Shown here piece by piece: positions 46,943 to 57,328 of a DNA stretch of 64,000 bases. The translations under genes and the position numbers were made by a program. This stretch comes from Rickettsiales bacterium (lineage in GTDB: Bacteria; Pseudomonadota; Alphaproteobacteria; Rickettsiales; SXRF01). The stretch lies in the NCBI GenBank assembly GCA_033762715.1, contig JANRLL010000016.1, forward strand, positions 26,029 through 90,028. Direction: 5' to 3'. The notes below the pieces were generated by a model that saw nothing but the letters and a program-made list of their open reading frames with translations, had not been told where the DNA came from and made no database searches. Within the stretch, counting starts at the first letter, position 1. Every line of letters starts with the position of its first letter.

Positions 46943-48304
46943 ATGAGCGCGTCACCTACCGTTGTTGCCATTGAAACAGCCGTCACCGATTACCATTACG
47001 ATGAAAGCAAAGCAAACGTTGCGCTGCGCGATCAGTTTTTAGCTTCGCTGCGTCCCGAAAACCCGCCGCGCAAAGGCGAAAACCTCATGGTGCCGTTGCA
47101 GGAATTTGAGCAAAAGCTAATTGCCTTTGCGACGGCGCATCAATTGACACTCAGCGGCGATAGCCAGCAAGAACAAGCCGAATCGGCGCGCGATCAGATT
47201 ATAGGCAAGCCCACGGCGATTGAAGCCGGTGGCGCGCTTGCTAATAGTTTTCATTTAATGATGAATGCGAAGATTGATAAAAAATCAGCCATTCCCTCGG
47301 GCGTATTTGTAACCGCTGTGGGGGATGATCCGGCAGGGAAAGTATTTGCCGATTCGATGCAAGGCTTTATCAATCACCCTGCGCCTCAAGACCGCACCAT
47401 GGTGGTGCATTCCATTCCCATCGATGGCGACCGTATTTTAATTTCCAATCCCGATTTGGAAAAGCCCTGCCAAAATCATATGTCGCCTGAGCAATTGGAT
47501 GCGATTGATTTTAGCCGCACCAAGATGGTGATGCTGGGTGGCTATATGAAATATACCGGTAAATATGATGCGTTTTTAGATAAGCTGATTGAGAAGGTCG
47601 AGGCTGTATCGCAAGATCCAGCGCAGCGTCCGACCATTGTGCTTACTGCCGCTTCACAAGATATTGCCGACTCGCAGACCTTGAAAGATGCGGTGGCAAA
47701 AGTCACTCAAGTAGCGCCGGTGGTGGTGATGGCGAACACTGGCGAGTTTCGCCGGTTGCTTGGGCGCGACAGCCAGTGGCGTGCGGAGCATGAACCCAAA
47801 TGGCAAGCAGACGGCACTAAAAAAGAAGGCGCGGCGTTAGAGCAGGCCAAGCAAGGCGATAAGGCATATCAGATTGATAAATATTTGGCTAATGACGATG
47901 CGTTTCGCGCCGCATTCCAACAATATTGCGATGGCGATTTGCCGGTTTCCTTTGTGGCGACCAACGGTAAAAAAGGCGTACGCGTGTTAGATAATAATGG
48001 CATCTCTGATTTTTACGTCCCGCCTAAGCCGCCGAAAGGGGTGGTTAATACGGTAGGTGGTGGCGATGCGTTTGCGGGCGGCTATCTGTTAGGGCAGGCG
48101 CTAGGGCTGCCGCAGCGCCAGAAAGCCGATTTGGGATTTACGGCGGCCGGACAAGTGATCGGCCAGCATGAAGCACGCTTGCCGCAGACGAAAACCGAAG
48201 ATGGCCGTTCGGGTGTAACGGCTTATCTGGATAGTAACAATGAAATGCACCGCAAGCTGCTTGCGAATATGCGACGCTTGCAAGAACGGCAATTAGCAGC
48301 GTGA
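46943..48304 (+). CDS. Divergent PfkB-family (adenosine-kinase-like) kinase
   Basis: C-terminal signature VNTVGGGDAFAGG, VGDDPAG and MANTGEF motifs. Confidence 0.8.
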   Translation: MSASPTVVAIETAVTDYHYDESKANVALRDQFLASLRPENPPRKGENLMVPLQEFEQKLIAFATAHQLTLSGDSQQEQAESARDQIIGKPTAIEAGGALANSFHLMMNAKIDKKSAIPSGVFVTAVGDDPAGKVFADSMQGFINHPAPQDRTMVVHSIPIDGDRILISNPDLEKPCQNHMSPEQLDAIDFSRTKMVMLGGYMKYTGKYDAFLDKLIEKVEAVSQDPAQRPTIVLTAASQDIADSQTLKDAVAKVTQVAPVVVMANTGEFRRLLGRDSQWRAEHEPKWQADGTKKEGAALEQAKQGDKAYQIDKYLANDDAFRAAFQQYCDGDLPVSFVATNGKKGVRVLDNNGISDFYVPPKPPKGVVNTVGGGDAFAGGYLLGQALGLPQRQKADLGFTAAGQVIGQHEARLPQTKTEDGRSGVTAYLDSNNEMHRKLLANMRRLQERQLAA

Positions 48305-49165
48305 TTAGCTGATATTTTTTCCTAAGCGACCCGCAAGATCCTGAATAAATTGCCAGGCGACACGGCCTGAGCGCGCACCGCGTGTGATCGACCATTCGAG
48401 CGATTGGCGGCGCAATTCATCGGTTGGGGTATTGAGCTTATATTTTTTGGCATAGGCTTCCACAATCGCTAGATAGGTCTCCTGATCGCAGGGATGAAAA
48501 CCCAGCCACAGGCCAAAGCGATCCGAGAGCGAGATTTTTTCCTCCGAGGCTTCACTCGGGTGAATGGCTGTACTGCGCTCGTTTTCTACCATTTCGCGCG
48601 GCATCAAATGGCGGCGGTTGGAAGTCGCGTAAAACAAGATGTGATCGGGTTTGGCTTCAATACCGCCTTCGAGGACCGTTTTGAGTGATTTGTAGGAATT
48701 ATCGCCGCCATCGAACGACAAATCATCGCAAAAAATAATGAAACGGCGAATAACCCACCCGCGCAGCAGATGAATCAGATGAGGCAGGCTGGGTAAATCC
48801 TCGCGGTGGATTTCAATCAGCACCAGCGATTTCGGATTCTGGCGGTTGATATGCTGGTGTATGGCTTTGACCAACGAGCTTTTACCCGTGCCGCGCGCGC
48901 CCCACAATAGCGCGTTATTGGCCGAATGGCCCTTGGCAAATTGTAGCGTATTGGCCAGCAATTTTTCTTTTACATCATCGATGCCCTGCAACAAAGCCAG
49001 CTCAATTGTATGCGGCTCTGAAACCGGCAGCAGCTCTTTTTTTTCCGCATGCCATACGTAAGCCTCGGCGCTTTTGATTTCAATCACGGGATCGGATTTA
49101 GGCGCAAGATTTTCCAGTGCTTGGGCAATTCGTTGTAAAACTCGGATGGCATCTTGTGTTGTCAT
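48305..49165 (-). CDS. DUF815 family AAA+ ATP-binding protein
   Basis: LWGARGTGKSSLVK, FCDDLSF, YATSNRRHL and EKISLSDRFGLWL motifs. Confidence 0.92.
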   Translation of the reverse strand: MTTQDAIRVLQRIAQALENLAPKSDPVIEIKSAEAYVWHAEKKELLPVSEPHTIELALLQGIDDVKEKLLANTLQFAKGHSANNALLWGARGTGKSSLVKAIHQHINRQNPKSLVLIEIHREDLPSLPHLIHLLRGWVIRRFIIFCDDLSFDGGDNSYKSLKTVLEGGIEAKPDHILFYATSNRRHLMPREMVENERSTAIHPSEASEEKISLSDRFGLWLGFHPCDQETYLAIVEAYAKKYKLNTPTDELRRQSLEWSITRGARSGRVAWQFIQDLAGRLGKNIS

Positions 49166-49226
49166 GCATAACCACTATCATTCTTACTATGGAAAATAAA
49201 TCTATTTCGCGGATCTATTGTGCCGT

Positions 49227-49874
49227 TTAAGGCCGCGGCGGGTACTGAATAAACGACAGCACCGTGCCGTCATTGGGGCGTGTAAGCAACGGAATGCTTT
49301 CCAGTAGATAATCCACCATGCCCAGCGGATCATGCATCAAATGCTCGAAGCGGCAGAGAATGGTTTGCAGATTTTGTGTGTTGTTTTGCAATTGCGTTTC
49401 ATAACGCGCGGCTAGTGCCAAGCCTGCTTCTTGGGTGAACCCATTGCGACGTGTCAGCGAATCGGCGATCTCATACGGATCGCGCTCGGTGGTGAGGATA
49501 ATCGGATTTTGGATATAGTTGAGCCAGCAGGGCAAGGTGAAACAAAAGCGCGGGTCTTTCATCACCCAAACCGGATGTTTACTAAGCGTGTGAACGATGG
49601 TGCGCATCGAGGCATTAACCGATGCATCTAGCTGGACAAAATTGCGCTCATCCCAGGCCTCGGTTGAGTGCCAATTGCATCCCATCTGGCGCATAATGGC
49701 CTGGTTGGTGGCTAGCACGTCATTGCGCTCGAAAAAGCCCTTGGGGTTATCGGGGCTGGCCGGAAGCAGGGCAGCCGCTTCGCCCACATGGGCGCCCATT
49801 AGCTGCAAAAGCCCGGTGAGAGCTGAAGTGCCGCTTCGGTGCATGCCGACTACCAGAATGGGTTGGGTTATCAT
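49227..49874 (-). CDS. PAPS-dependent sulfotransferase family protein
   Basis: 5'-PSB loop VVGMHRSGTS, NPKGFFE, KDPR and 3'-PB RDP..IADSL.RR motifs. Confidence 0.85.
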   Translation of the reverse strand: MITQPILVVGMHRSGTSALTGLLQLMGAHVGEAAALLPASPDNPKGFFERNDVLATNQAIMRQMGCNWHSTEAWDERNFVQLDASVNASMRTIVHTLSKHPVWVMKDPRFCFTLPCWLNYIQNPIILTTERDPYEIADSLTRRNGFTQEAGLALAARYETQLQNNTQNLQTILCRFEHLMHDPLGMVDYLLESIPLLTRPNDGTVLSFIQYPPRP

Positions 49875-49923
49875 TGGCGTTGGTTTTTGTTCGTTTATTC
49901 ATTACTATAGCATGATAACCCAA
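49863..49923. repeat. Perfect 12-bp inverted repeat (37-nt spacer) across the divergent promoter
   Basis: TTGGGTTATCAT (49863-49874) and ATGATAACCCAA (49912-49923). Confidence 0.8.
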
Positions 49924-49936
49924 AAACTAAACTGTT

Positions 49937-52900
49937 ATGGCCCAACCACGCAAACGCATTTTTGTGCAGATCGCAAGTTACCGCGATCCCGAATGCCAGC
50001 CGACAATTGATGATCTATTTGCGAAGGCGGAGCATCCGGCGCGCGTGTTCGTCGGGGTGTGTTTGCAAACCGATCCCAAGTATGATGCGGATTGCCAATT
50101 GGTGCCGCATCCGAATGTGCGTGTGACCGCCTATGATGTGCAGGAAAGTCAAGGTGCCGGCTGGGCGCGCAACCAAGCCCAAAAATTATGGGCTGGCGAG
50201 GAATACACGTTGCAGATCCAGGCGCATATGCGCTTTGAATCCGGTTGGGATACGCTGTTCATTGATGAGCTGGAAAAACTACCTTCGAAAAAACCAGCGC
50301 TCACGGCATGGCTTCCCTCCTATGTGCCGCCTGACCGCTTAGAGCCGCTGGAAGACAAATTACCGATTGCAGCCGTCGCACGCTTAGGGGGGGGCGAGGA
50401 TGCGCAAATGATTCATATGGCGCGTAGGCTTGTGCCTGCCAGTGAAGCTAAAGGCAAAATTATCCCCACGCCGCTATGGGTCGGTAATTTCCTGTTTGCG
50501 CGCTCGGAGTTATTTTCCGAGATTGCATTCGACCCGCATATTTATTTCTGGGGTGAGGAGATCAATTATTCGGTGCGGCTTTATACGCATGGCTGGGATC
50601 TGTTTCATCTAAACCAACTCGTGGCCTATCATTGCTGGATTCGCAAAGATGCGCGCGATGCGGCGCTATACCGCGATCAGCAGCATCAGAAAAATCGCTT
50701 AGCGCTGGAGCGCAATTTGCAACTGCTGGGCCTCAAGCAAGCCACACGCAAAGAAGCCCTAGACGAAATCGAACGCTACGGCTTGGGTTCTGCGCGCACG
50801 CTGCAAGATTATTGGGCCTTTGCTGCCATCGATTTTCCGGGATGGTGGGGCTATATACAAAGTGATCAGCCGTCTATTTTCGTAGCTATTGCCAGTTACC
50901 GCGATCCGGAATTGCGCCACACCATTGCCGATCTCTTCGACAAAGCCCAATCGCCGCATCGCCTGCGGGTCGGGGTGTGTCTGCAGGTGGGAGAGAGCGA
51001 TGAAGCCTGCATGCTGCCGCAGGATTGGGATGGGCGTGTGCGTATCCAGCAGGTGGACTATGCCAAAAGCAAAGGTGCCGGATGGGCGCGCTCGCAAGCG
51101 CATGCGCTGCGACAAGGTGAGGCCTTTGTACTGCAAATTGACAGCCATATGCGCTTTGAAGCAGGCTGGGATGCGATGCTGATTGATATGTTAGAGCGCG
51201 CGCCATCGCCTAAGGCGGTGATCTCCGGCTATGCCTCTAACTATGAACCGCCGAATGAGCGCTATACTCATCCAGGGCAGGTGCTGCGCATTTGCGTGCG
51301 CGGATTTGCCGAAGAAAAACATCCGCAACTGCTGCATATGACCGGTGATTTCATCGCCGAGCAAGACCCGCAAGCAGGCGGCCTTTATCCGTCGCCTTTC
51401 TGCATTCAGAACTTCCTGTTCGCGCGTGGCAGCTTTTTTGATGAGGTGCCGATCGATCCGCATTTTGCCTTTTACGGCGATGAAATTAGCCACGGCGCGC
51501 GGCTCTGGACGCATGGCTATGATGTGTTCCAGCCCGATCATCCGGTGCTTTATCACTACTGGATTCGTGGCGATCAGCTGCATCTGCATGAATATCGCGA
51601 TGCGCATAACAAAGAGAATAATCGCTCCTACCAGCGCATTCGTCACCTGCTAGGATTTGAAACCACCAGCAACCGCGATGCGCTCAAAGAGATTAAAAAA
51701 TATGGACTGGGGGATGTGCGCGCATTGAAGGATTGGTGGGAGTTTGCTGGCGTAGATTGGACGCGCAAACAGATCCAAGAAACCTCCAAGCAGGGACGTT
51801 GGAACCTACAACATCTGCGCTCTTCGCTGCCACGCATTTTTGTGCAGATCGCTAGCTACCGTGATCCCGAATGCCAATGGACGGTGAAAGACTTGTTTGA
51901 AAAAGCTTCTCATCCCGAGCGCATCACCATCGGCATTTGCTGGCAATTTATTCGCAGCGAAGATCAGCATTGTTTCTTGGAGCCCTATGCCTATCCCGAT
52001 CAGGTGCGGGTAGCGGAATATGACGCCAAAGACAGCAATGGCGTGTGCTGGGCGCGAAGCATTACGCAAAGCCTCTGGCATGGAGAAGAGTTCACGCTGC
52101 AAATTGATAGCCATATGCGCTTTGAAGAAGGTTGGGACGATAGGCTGATTAGCATGTGGCATGAATGTCAAAATCCAAAGGCGGTGATCACTTCCTATCC
52201 GCCAGGTTACACACCGCCGGATGATCGCGAGCCTGGTCGCATTTACGGCATTAGCGCCAAAGAATTTGATACGGGCGGTATATTTCTAATGCAAGGAAAC
52301 CCTGTTTATCCGTTGGATGCTTTGCCGTCCAAGCCCATGCGCGGTGCTTTTATTTCTGCCAACTTGCTGTTTGGGCCGGCAAGCATCATTGCCGATGTGC
52401 CCTATGATCCGTATCTGTATTTCTTTGGCGAAGAAATCTCCATGGCGGTACGTTTGTGGACACAGGGCTATGACCTTTATCATCCCAACATGCCGCTTGC
52501 TTATCACTATTGGAAACGCAGTCAGCGCGTGACGCATTTTGACGATCATGCCGATTGGGAGGCGCTCAATGCGCGCGCCTATCTCCGCGTTAAACATTTG
52601 CTCGGCACGCAGAAAACAACCGACAAAGCAGCGCTTGCCGAGCTTTCTGCCTATGGTTTGGGCACGGCGCGTAGCCTGGCTGACTATCAAGCTTACGCAG
52701 GTATTGATTTTGCGAAACAGCAAATTAGTGATAAAGCTTACCAAGGAGATTTTCAGACCGTGGCAGCAAGCAAATCGTCATCCGGCGTACCTACGGGGGA
52801 GCGCATTTTTGTACAGATCGCCAGTTATCGCGATTTGGAATGCCAATGGACGGTGAAAGACTTGTTTGAGAAAGCCGAACATCCCGAGCGTATTTCGGTT

Positions 52901-55747
52901 GGCATTTGCTGGCAGTTTGACGAAAAAGAAGACGCTGATTGTTTCCAGGTAACCACCCGCCCTGAGCAGGTGCGCATTATTCCCGTCGATTGGCGGGAGG
53001 CAAATGGCGTGTGTTGGGCGCGTCACCAAACGCAGCAACTATGGGACGGTGAGGAATACACGCTGCAAATCGACAGCCATATGCGCTTTGTGCCTGGCTG
53101 GGACCGGTTGATGATTGAAGAACTCAAAGCCTGCCCGTCGGAAAAGCCGGTGATTTCTTCCAGTCCAGCCCCCTATATTCCGCCGAATAATTTGTTCCCT
53201 AATCCGCTGCCATCGATTCGCCGTGTGCTGCCGTTTCAGCCGGATGGCAATATTCGCGGGCGCGGCGAGATGCTGGAGCGCATTCCGGAAATGCCGCTCA
53301 ATGGCGCGTTTATTGCTGCAGGCTATGTGTTTTCGCGCAGCGACATCATCAAAGAAGTACCATACGATCCGTATCTGTATTTCGATCAGGAAGAAATTAC
53401 CTATGCGGCGCGTATCTATACGCATGGGTGGGATATTTTCAGCGCGCGGCAACAATTCATTTATCATTATTATAACGACGATAACAAAAGCGTCCGCCCG
53501 TTGCATTGGAATGATTTGAAGCAAACGGACATTCCCAAAATTCGCCATCTGCGCGAACGCGGGCTCAAGCGCTTCAATCACCTCACAGGCCATACGCTCT
53601 CTCAAGACCCCGATGTGCTGCAGGAGATTGAGCGTTACGGATTTGGCAAGGCCAGGAGCTTGGCGCAGTATGAGGAATATTGTGGGATTGATTTCAAGCG
53701 CAAGGTCGCATCGGAAAAAGCACTGCGCTGTTTCTTCATTCGTAATTTGCATCGCTATCTCACCCGCCCGATTGGCGAAGCGGTAAGCAGCTCATCATCT
53801 GCCGCGGCAGCAACTAACTATACGGTCGGCGATTTTATTCCCTTCTTTGAAATGCCCGGCACTAACGGCAAGCTCAATGGCATCGAAACCAGGGGCGGCA
53901 AATCCTCGCTCTTACTGGTGGCGTCATTTGCTAAACCCAATGCATTGAAAGAAGCGCTACAAGCGCTGCAATCATTAGCAGAAGAAGCCGAGTCCATACC
54001 GATTACTATTGTAGTGGATGGCACGGTAAACCAACTGATGCTGCTGCGTGAAAAGCTGCCGAATAAACCGATCTTACTGAGCGATCCCGAGCGCCGGTTG
54101 CCGCGCATGTTAGGTCTGAGTGAAAATGTGGATCTTACCGGTTATGCGCTGGATCGCAATATGCGCATTCTCTGCCAAGCCAGTGGCGACAGTGTTTCCG
54201 CTAGCGTAAAGACTATCGTCACCGAGGCACAAAAAGCTAATCGTCAGCCATTAGCGGTGCAGGATACGCCAAAAACCTACGCGCTTAGCACACCGGCTTT
54301 GATTGTGCCGGATGTGTTCACGCCGGAATTTTGTGCGCGTTGCATCGAGGTATTCAAAACGGGCTATGTGTTTGATGGCACGGTGGGTGCCGAAGACAAG
54401 CTCTCCTACGTGCCGCAGGCCAAAGTGCGCAGCGACCATATTATCCACGGCGAGTTTTTAGGCGAAATTGACCGCATCTTAAAACGCCGCCTGTTCCCTG
54501 AGATAGAAAAAATATTCGGCTTTAAGGTGACCCATCGTGAGCCTTATAAGATCGGCCTTTATGAAGGCGAGAAGCAGGGCGTATTTAAACCGCACCGCGA
54601 TAATTTTATGCCAGCGCTCGGTTATCGCCGCGTGGCGGTTACCATCCAGCTCAACGACGAGTATGAGGGTGGCGGGTTGCGCTTTCCAGAATATGGTGAT
54701 GATGTGTATCGTCCGGCCAAAGGCAGCGCCATTGCTTTTTCCTGCAATATGCTGCATGAGGCATTGCCGGTGATAAAAGGCGGGCGCTTTATTATGGTGG
54801 GCTTTTTCCACGGCGAGGAAGATGAGCGCTACCGCCAGCAATACCAGATCGAAAAAGGCGAAGAACCGCATCCCGAAATGTTTGCGCTGCAACTCGGTGA
54901 CGTGCCAGAATTACCGCAAAGCCGCCAGTTTTATTACCAATCGAAACCACCCATTTCAACAGGCTCTTCTATGCAGCAGGCACCCGCAACCAGCGCTATT
55001 ACCTTAGGCAAACATATCGCCAATAAAACCTATGAGTCGAGCCAGGCGATCATCATCGATAATTTCTTGCCGGAGGATGAATATCAGAAGCTGCATGATT
55101 ATGCGGTGCGCACCGATTATGAATATGTGAATATGGAAGGCAAAGTGAATCGCGCCTGGCATTTGCAGGACCGTTCACCGCTACGCAGCAGCTATAATAT
55201 GTTCTATACCGCCCAAGGCCTGCCGAACAAACACCCCAACCAATCCTACCCATCCAATACGCCGCTCGATGCGTTTGTGCGCCAGCTGCTGGCCGTGCAG
55301 CCGCATGTCGGTCATTTCGTGGGACAGGAAAGCAAAGACTGGGATCACGTGACGGTGACCTCCTGGCTCTATCCGCCTGGTACCAGCCTGTCGATGCATA
55401 ATGATGGCTCGGGCGTATATACCGGCGCCTATGTGTATTATCTCAATCAGAGCTGGCGGATGCATTGGGGCGGGTTGCTTTTGTTGCTGGATGAGGGCGG
55501 AAACCGTAAGATATTTCAGCATCGCCTGCAGCAGGATGAGCAGGAATTTTACCAGCGCAAATGGCTCAATGCCAACGATACCGACGATTTAGCGATGGAA
55601 GAGGGCATTGCGCGGTGCATCACGCCTAAGAAAAACCGCATTGTCTTTATCGCAAATAGTGCGTATCACATGGTAACGAGAGTCAATGAATCTGCCGGTG
55701 ATGAGGTGCGGATGTCATTGGCGGGATTTTATAATAGGAAGTCATAA
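49937..55747 (+). CDS. Multidomain protein: 4x GT60/Gnt1-like GlcNAc transferase + redoxin-like fold + 2x 2OG-Fe(II) oxygenase
   Basis: Four ~310-aa repeats beginning (R/S)IFV(Q/A)IASYRD at about 49955, 50873, 51833 and 52802, each with QI(D/Q)(S/A)HMRF..GWD and (G/Q)(E/D)EI. Then [10 protein letters not shown] redoxin start. Then HRD...H...R and HND...H...R dioxygenase triads. Confidence 0.9.
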   Translation: MAQPRKRIFVQIASYRDPECQPTIDDLFAKAEHPARVFVGVCLQTDPKYDADCQLVPHPNVRVTAYDVQESQGAGWARNQAQKLWAGEEYTLQIQAHMRFESGWDTLFIDELEKLPSKKPALTAWLPSYVPPDRLEPLEDKLPIAAVARLGGGEDAQMIHMARRLVPASEAKGKIIPTPLWVGNFLFARSELFSEIAFDPHIYFWGEEINYSVRLYTHGWDLFHLNQLVAYHCWIRKDARDAALYRDQQHQKNRLALERNLQLLGLKQATRKEALDEIERYGLGSARTLQDYWAFAAIDFPGWWGYIQSDQPSIFVAIASYRDPELRHTIADLFDKAQSPHRLRVGVCLQVGESDEACMLPQDWDGRVRIQQVDYAKSKGAGWARSQAHALRQGEAFVLQIDSHMRFEAGWDAMLIDMLERAPSPKAVISGYASNYEPPNERYTHPGQVLRICVRGFAEEKHPQLLHMTGDFIAEQDPQAGGLYPSPFCIQNFLFARGSFFDEVPIDPHFAFYGDEISHGARLWTHGYDVFQPDHPVLYHYWIRGDQLHLHEYRDAHNKENNRSYQRIRHLLGFETTSNRDALKEIKKYGLGDVRALKDWWEFAGVDWTRKQIQETSKQGRWNLQHLRSSLPRIFVQIASYRDPECQWTVKDLFEKASHPERITIGICWQFIRSEDQHCFLEPYAYPDQVRVAEYDAKDSNGVCWARSITQSLWHGEEFTLQIDSHMRFEEGWDDRLISMWHECQNPKAVITSYPPGYTPPDDREPGRIYGISAKEFDTGGIFLMQGNPVYPLDALPSKPMRGAFISANLLFGPASIIADVPYDPYLYFFGEEISMAVRLWTQGYDLYHPNMPLAYHYWKRSQRVTHFDDHADWEALNARAYLRVKHLLGTQKTTDKAALAELSAYGLGTARSLADYQAYAGIDFAKQQISDKAYQGDFQTVAASKSSSGVPTGERIFVQIASYRDLECQWTVKDLFEKAEHPERISVGICWQFDEKEDADCFQVTTRPEQVRIIPVDWREANGVCWARHQTQQLWDGEEYTLQIDSHMRFVPGWDRLMIEELKACPSEKPVISSSPAPYIPPNNLFPNPLPSIRRVLPFQPDGNIRGRGEMLERIPEMPLNGAFIAAGYVFSRSDIIKEVPYDPYLYFDQEEITYAARIYTHGWDIFSARQQFIYHYYNDDNKSVRPLHWNDLKQTDIPKIRHLRERGLKRFNHLTGHTLSQDPDVLQEIERYGFGKARSLAQYEEYCGIDFKRKVASEKALRCFFIRNLHRYLTRPIGEAVSSSSSAAAATNYTVGDFIPFFEMPGTNGKLNGIETRGGKSSLLLVASFAKPNALKEALQALQSLAEEAESIPITIVVDGTVNQLMLLREKLPNKPILLSDPERRLPRMLGLSENVDLTGYALDRNMRILCQASGDSVSASVKTIVTEAQKANRQPLAVQDTPKTYALSTPALIVPDVFTPEFCARCIEVFKTGYVFDGTVGAEDKLSYVPQAKVRSDHIIHGEFLGEIDRILKRRLFPEIEKIFGFKVTHREPYKIGLYEGEKQGVFKPHRDNFMPALGYRRVAVTIQLNDEYEGGGLRFPEYGDDVYRPAKGSAIAFSCNMLHEALPVIKGGRFIMVGFFHGEEDERYRQQYQIEKGEEPHPEMFALQLGDVPELPQSRQFYYQSKPPISTGSSMQQAPATSAITLGKHIANKTYESSQAIIIDNFLPEDEYQKLHDYAVRTDYEYVNMEGKVNRAWHLQDRSPLRSSYNMFYTAQGLPNKHPNQSYPSNTPLDAFVRQLLAVQPHVGHFVGQESKDWDHVTVTSWLYPPGTSLSMHNDGSGVYTGAYVYYLNQSWRMHWGGLLLLLDEGGNRKIFQHRLQQDEQEFYQRKWLNANDTDDLAMEEGIARCITPKKNRIVFIANSAYHMVTRVNESAGDEVRMSLAGFYNRKS
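51869..52869 (+). repeat. Identical 32-bp direct repeat in GT domains 3 and 4
   Basis: GAATGCCAATGGACGGTGAAAGACTTGTTTGA at 51869-51900 and 52838-52869. Confidence 0.85.
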
Positions 55748-55749
55748 CG

Positions 55750-57327
55750 ATGAGTATCAAAGATCTTGCAACCCAGTCGAACGCATGGCCATTTCAGGAA
55801 GCGCTGGCGCTGGTTGAGCGCTATAAGAGTGCGCCGCCCGCCAAAGGTTATGTACTGTTTGAAACAGGTTACGGCCCGTCTGGCTTGCCGCATATCGGCA
55901 CGTTCGGCGAAGTGGCTCGTACCACCATGGTGCGCCGCGCCTTTGAACAGATCTCCGATATTCCCACCAAGCTGATTTGTTTTTCTGACGATATGGACGG
56001 GTTGCGAAAAGTGCCGGATAATTTGCCGAATGCCGATATGATTGCAGCCAATCTTGGAAAGCCGCTCACCTCGGTGCCCGATCCGTTTGGCACGCACGAA
56101 AGCTTCGGCGCGCATATGAATGCACGCCTGCGCGCATTTCTAGATCATTTCGGTTTTGACTATGAATTTAAAAGCTCCACTACCACCTATAAAGCCGGTG
56201 AATTTGATAAGGCGCTGCTGAGCATTTTGAATCGCTATGATCAGGTGATGGAAGTGATGCTGCCGACGCTGGGCGAAGAGCGCCAACAAACCTATAGTCC
56301 GTTTTTGCCGGTATCGCCGCGTTCGGGCAAAGTGCTGCTTGCCAAAGTATTCGAGCGTAATGTTGCCAAAGGCACCATCGTCTATGAAGAAGAAGACGGC
56401 AGCAAAGAAGAAGTGCCGGTAACCGGTGGGCATTGCAAATTGCAATGGAAGCCCGATATGGGCATGCGTTGGGCGGCGCTCGGCGTGGATTACGAAATGT
56501 ACGGCAAAGACCATCTGGTATCGGCCGAGCTTTATAGCGCCATTTGCACCATCGCTGGCGGCATGCCGCCGCAGCAGATGATGTATGAGCTGTTCTTGGA
56601 TGATAAAGGCCAGAAGATTTCCAAATCAAAAGGCAACGGCATCACCATCGATGAATGGCTGCGTTACGCGCCGCAGGAATCGTTGAGCCTCTATATGTTC
56701 CAATCGCCGCGCAAGGCGAAGAAGCTTTATTTCGATGTGATTCCCAAAGCGGTGGATGAGTATCAGACCTTCTTGGATAAGTTCGCTGCTCAAAGCGAGG
56801 TGGATAAGCTGAATAATCCGGTTTTTCATATTCATGGCGGCAAACCGCCTGTGGCTGAGAAGTTGCCAAGCTTCAACCTGCTGCTGAATTTGGCCGGTGT
56901 GGCCAATGCGGAAGATCCGAAAGTGCTATGGGGCTTTATCGGTAATTACCTGCCAGGCGCGACACCTGCTACCCATCCGTTCCTCGATAAGCTGGTGCAG
57001 GGCGCGGTGAATTATTATCAGGATTTTGTGAAGCCTACGAAAAAATACCGCCTGCCTACCGACGTGGAAGAAAAGGCATTGCAGGATTTAGCAACCTATT
57101 TAGAAAATGCGCCGGCGGGTGCCACAGCTGAAGAAATGCAAACCGAGATTTATGAAATCGGCAAAAAACATTTCGGTGAGAATTTGAAAGCCTGGTTTTC
57201 AGCGCAATATGAAACACTGCTTGGTCAACCACAAGGGCCGCGTATGGGCTCATTTGCCGCGCTCTATGGCAAGGCTGAAACCGTTGCGCTGATTCGCAAG
57301 GTGCTGGCAAAGGAATTAGCGGCGTAA
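55750..57327 (+). CDS. lysS: Lysyl-tRNA synthetase, class I
   Basis: [33 protein letters not shown] and GPRMGSF motifs. Confidence 0.96.
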   Translation: MSIKDLATQSNAWPFQEALALVERYKSAPPAKGYVLFETGYGPSGLPHIGTFGEVARTTMVRRAFEQISDIPTKLICFSDDMDGLRKVPDNLPNADMIAANLGKPLTSVPDPFGTHESFGAHMNARLRAFLDHFGFDYEFKSSTTTYKAGEFDKALLSILNRYDQVMEVMLPTLGEERQQTYSPFLPVSPRSGKVLLAKVFERNVAKGTIVYEEEDGSKEEVPVTGGHCKLQWKPDMGMRWAALGVDYEMYGKDHLVSAELYSAICTIAGGMPPQQMMYELFLDDKGQKISKSKGNGITIDEWLRYAPQESLSLYMFQSPRKAKKLYFDVIPKAVDEYQTFLDKFAAQSEVDKLNNPVFHIHGGKPPVAEKLPSFNLLLNLAGVANAEDPKVLWGFIGNYLPGATPATHPFLDKLVQGAVNYYQDFVKPTKKYRLPTDVEEKALQDLATYLENAPAGATAEEMQTEIYEIGKKHFGENLKAWFSAQYETLLGQPQGPRMGSFAALYGKAETVALIRKVLAKELAA

Positions 57328-57328
57328 T

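Noticed and set aside
55750-57327. Class I rather than class II LysRS
   Set aside because: Well known and widespread in alphaproteobacteria, so not novel.
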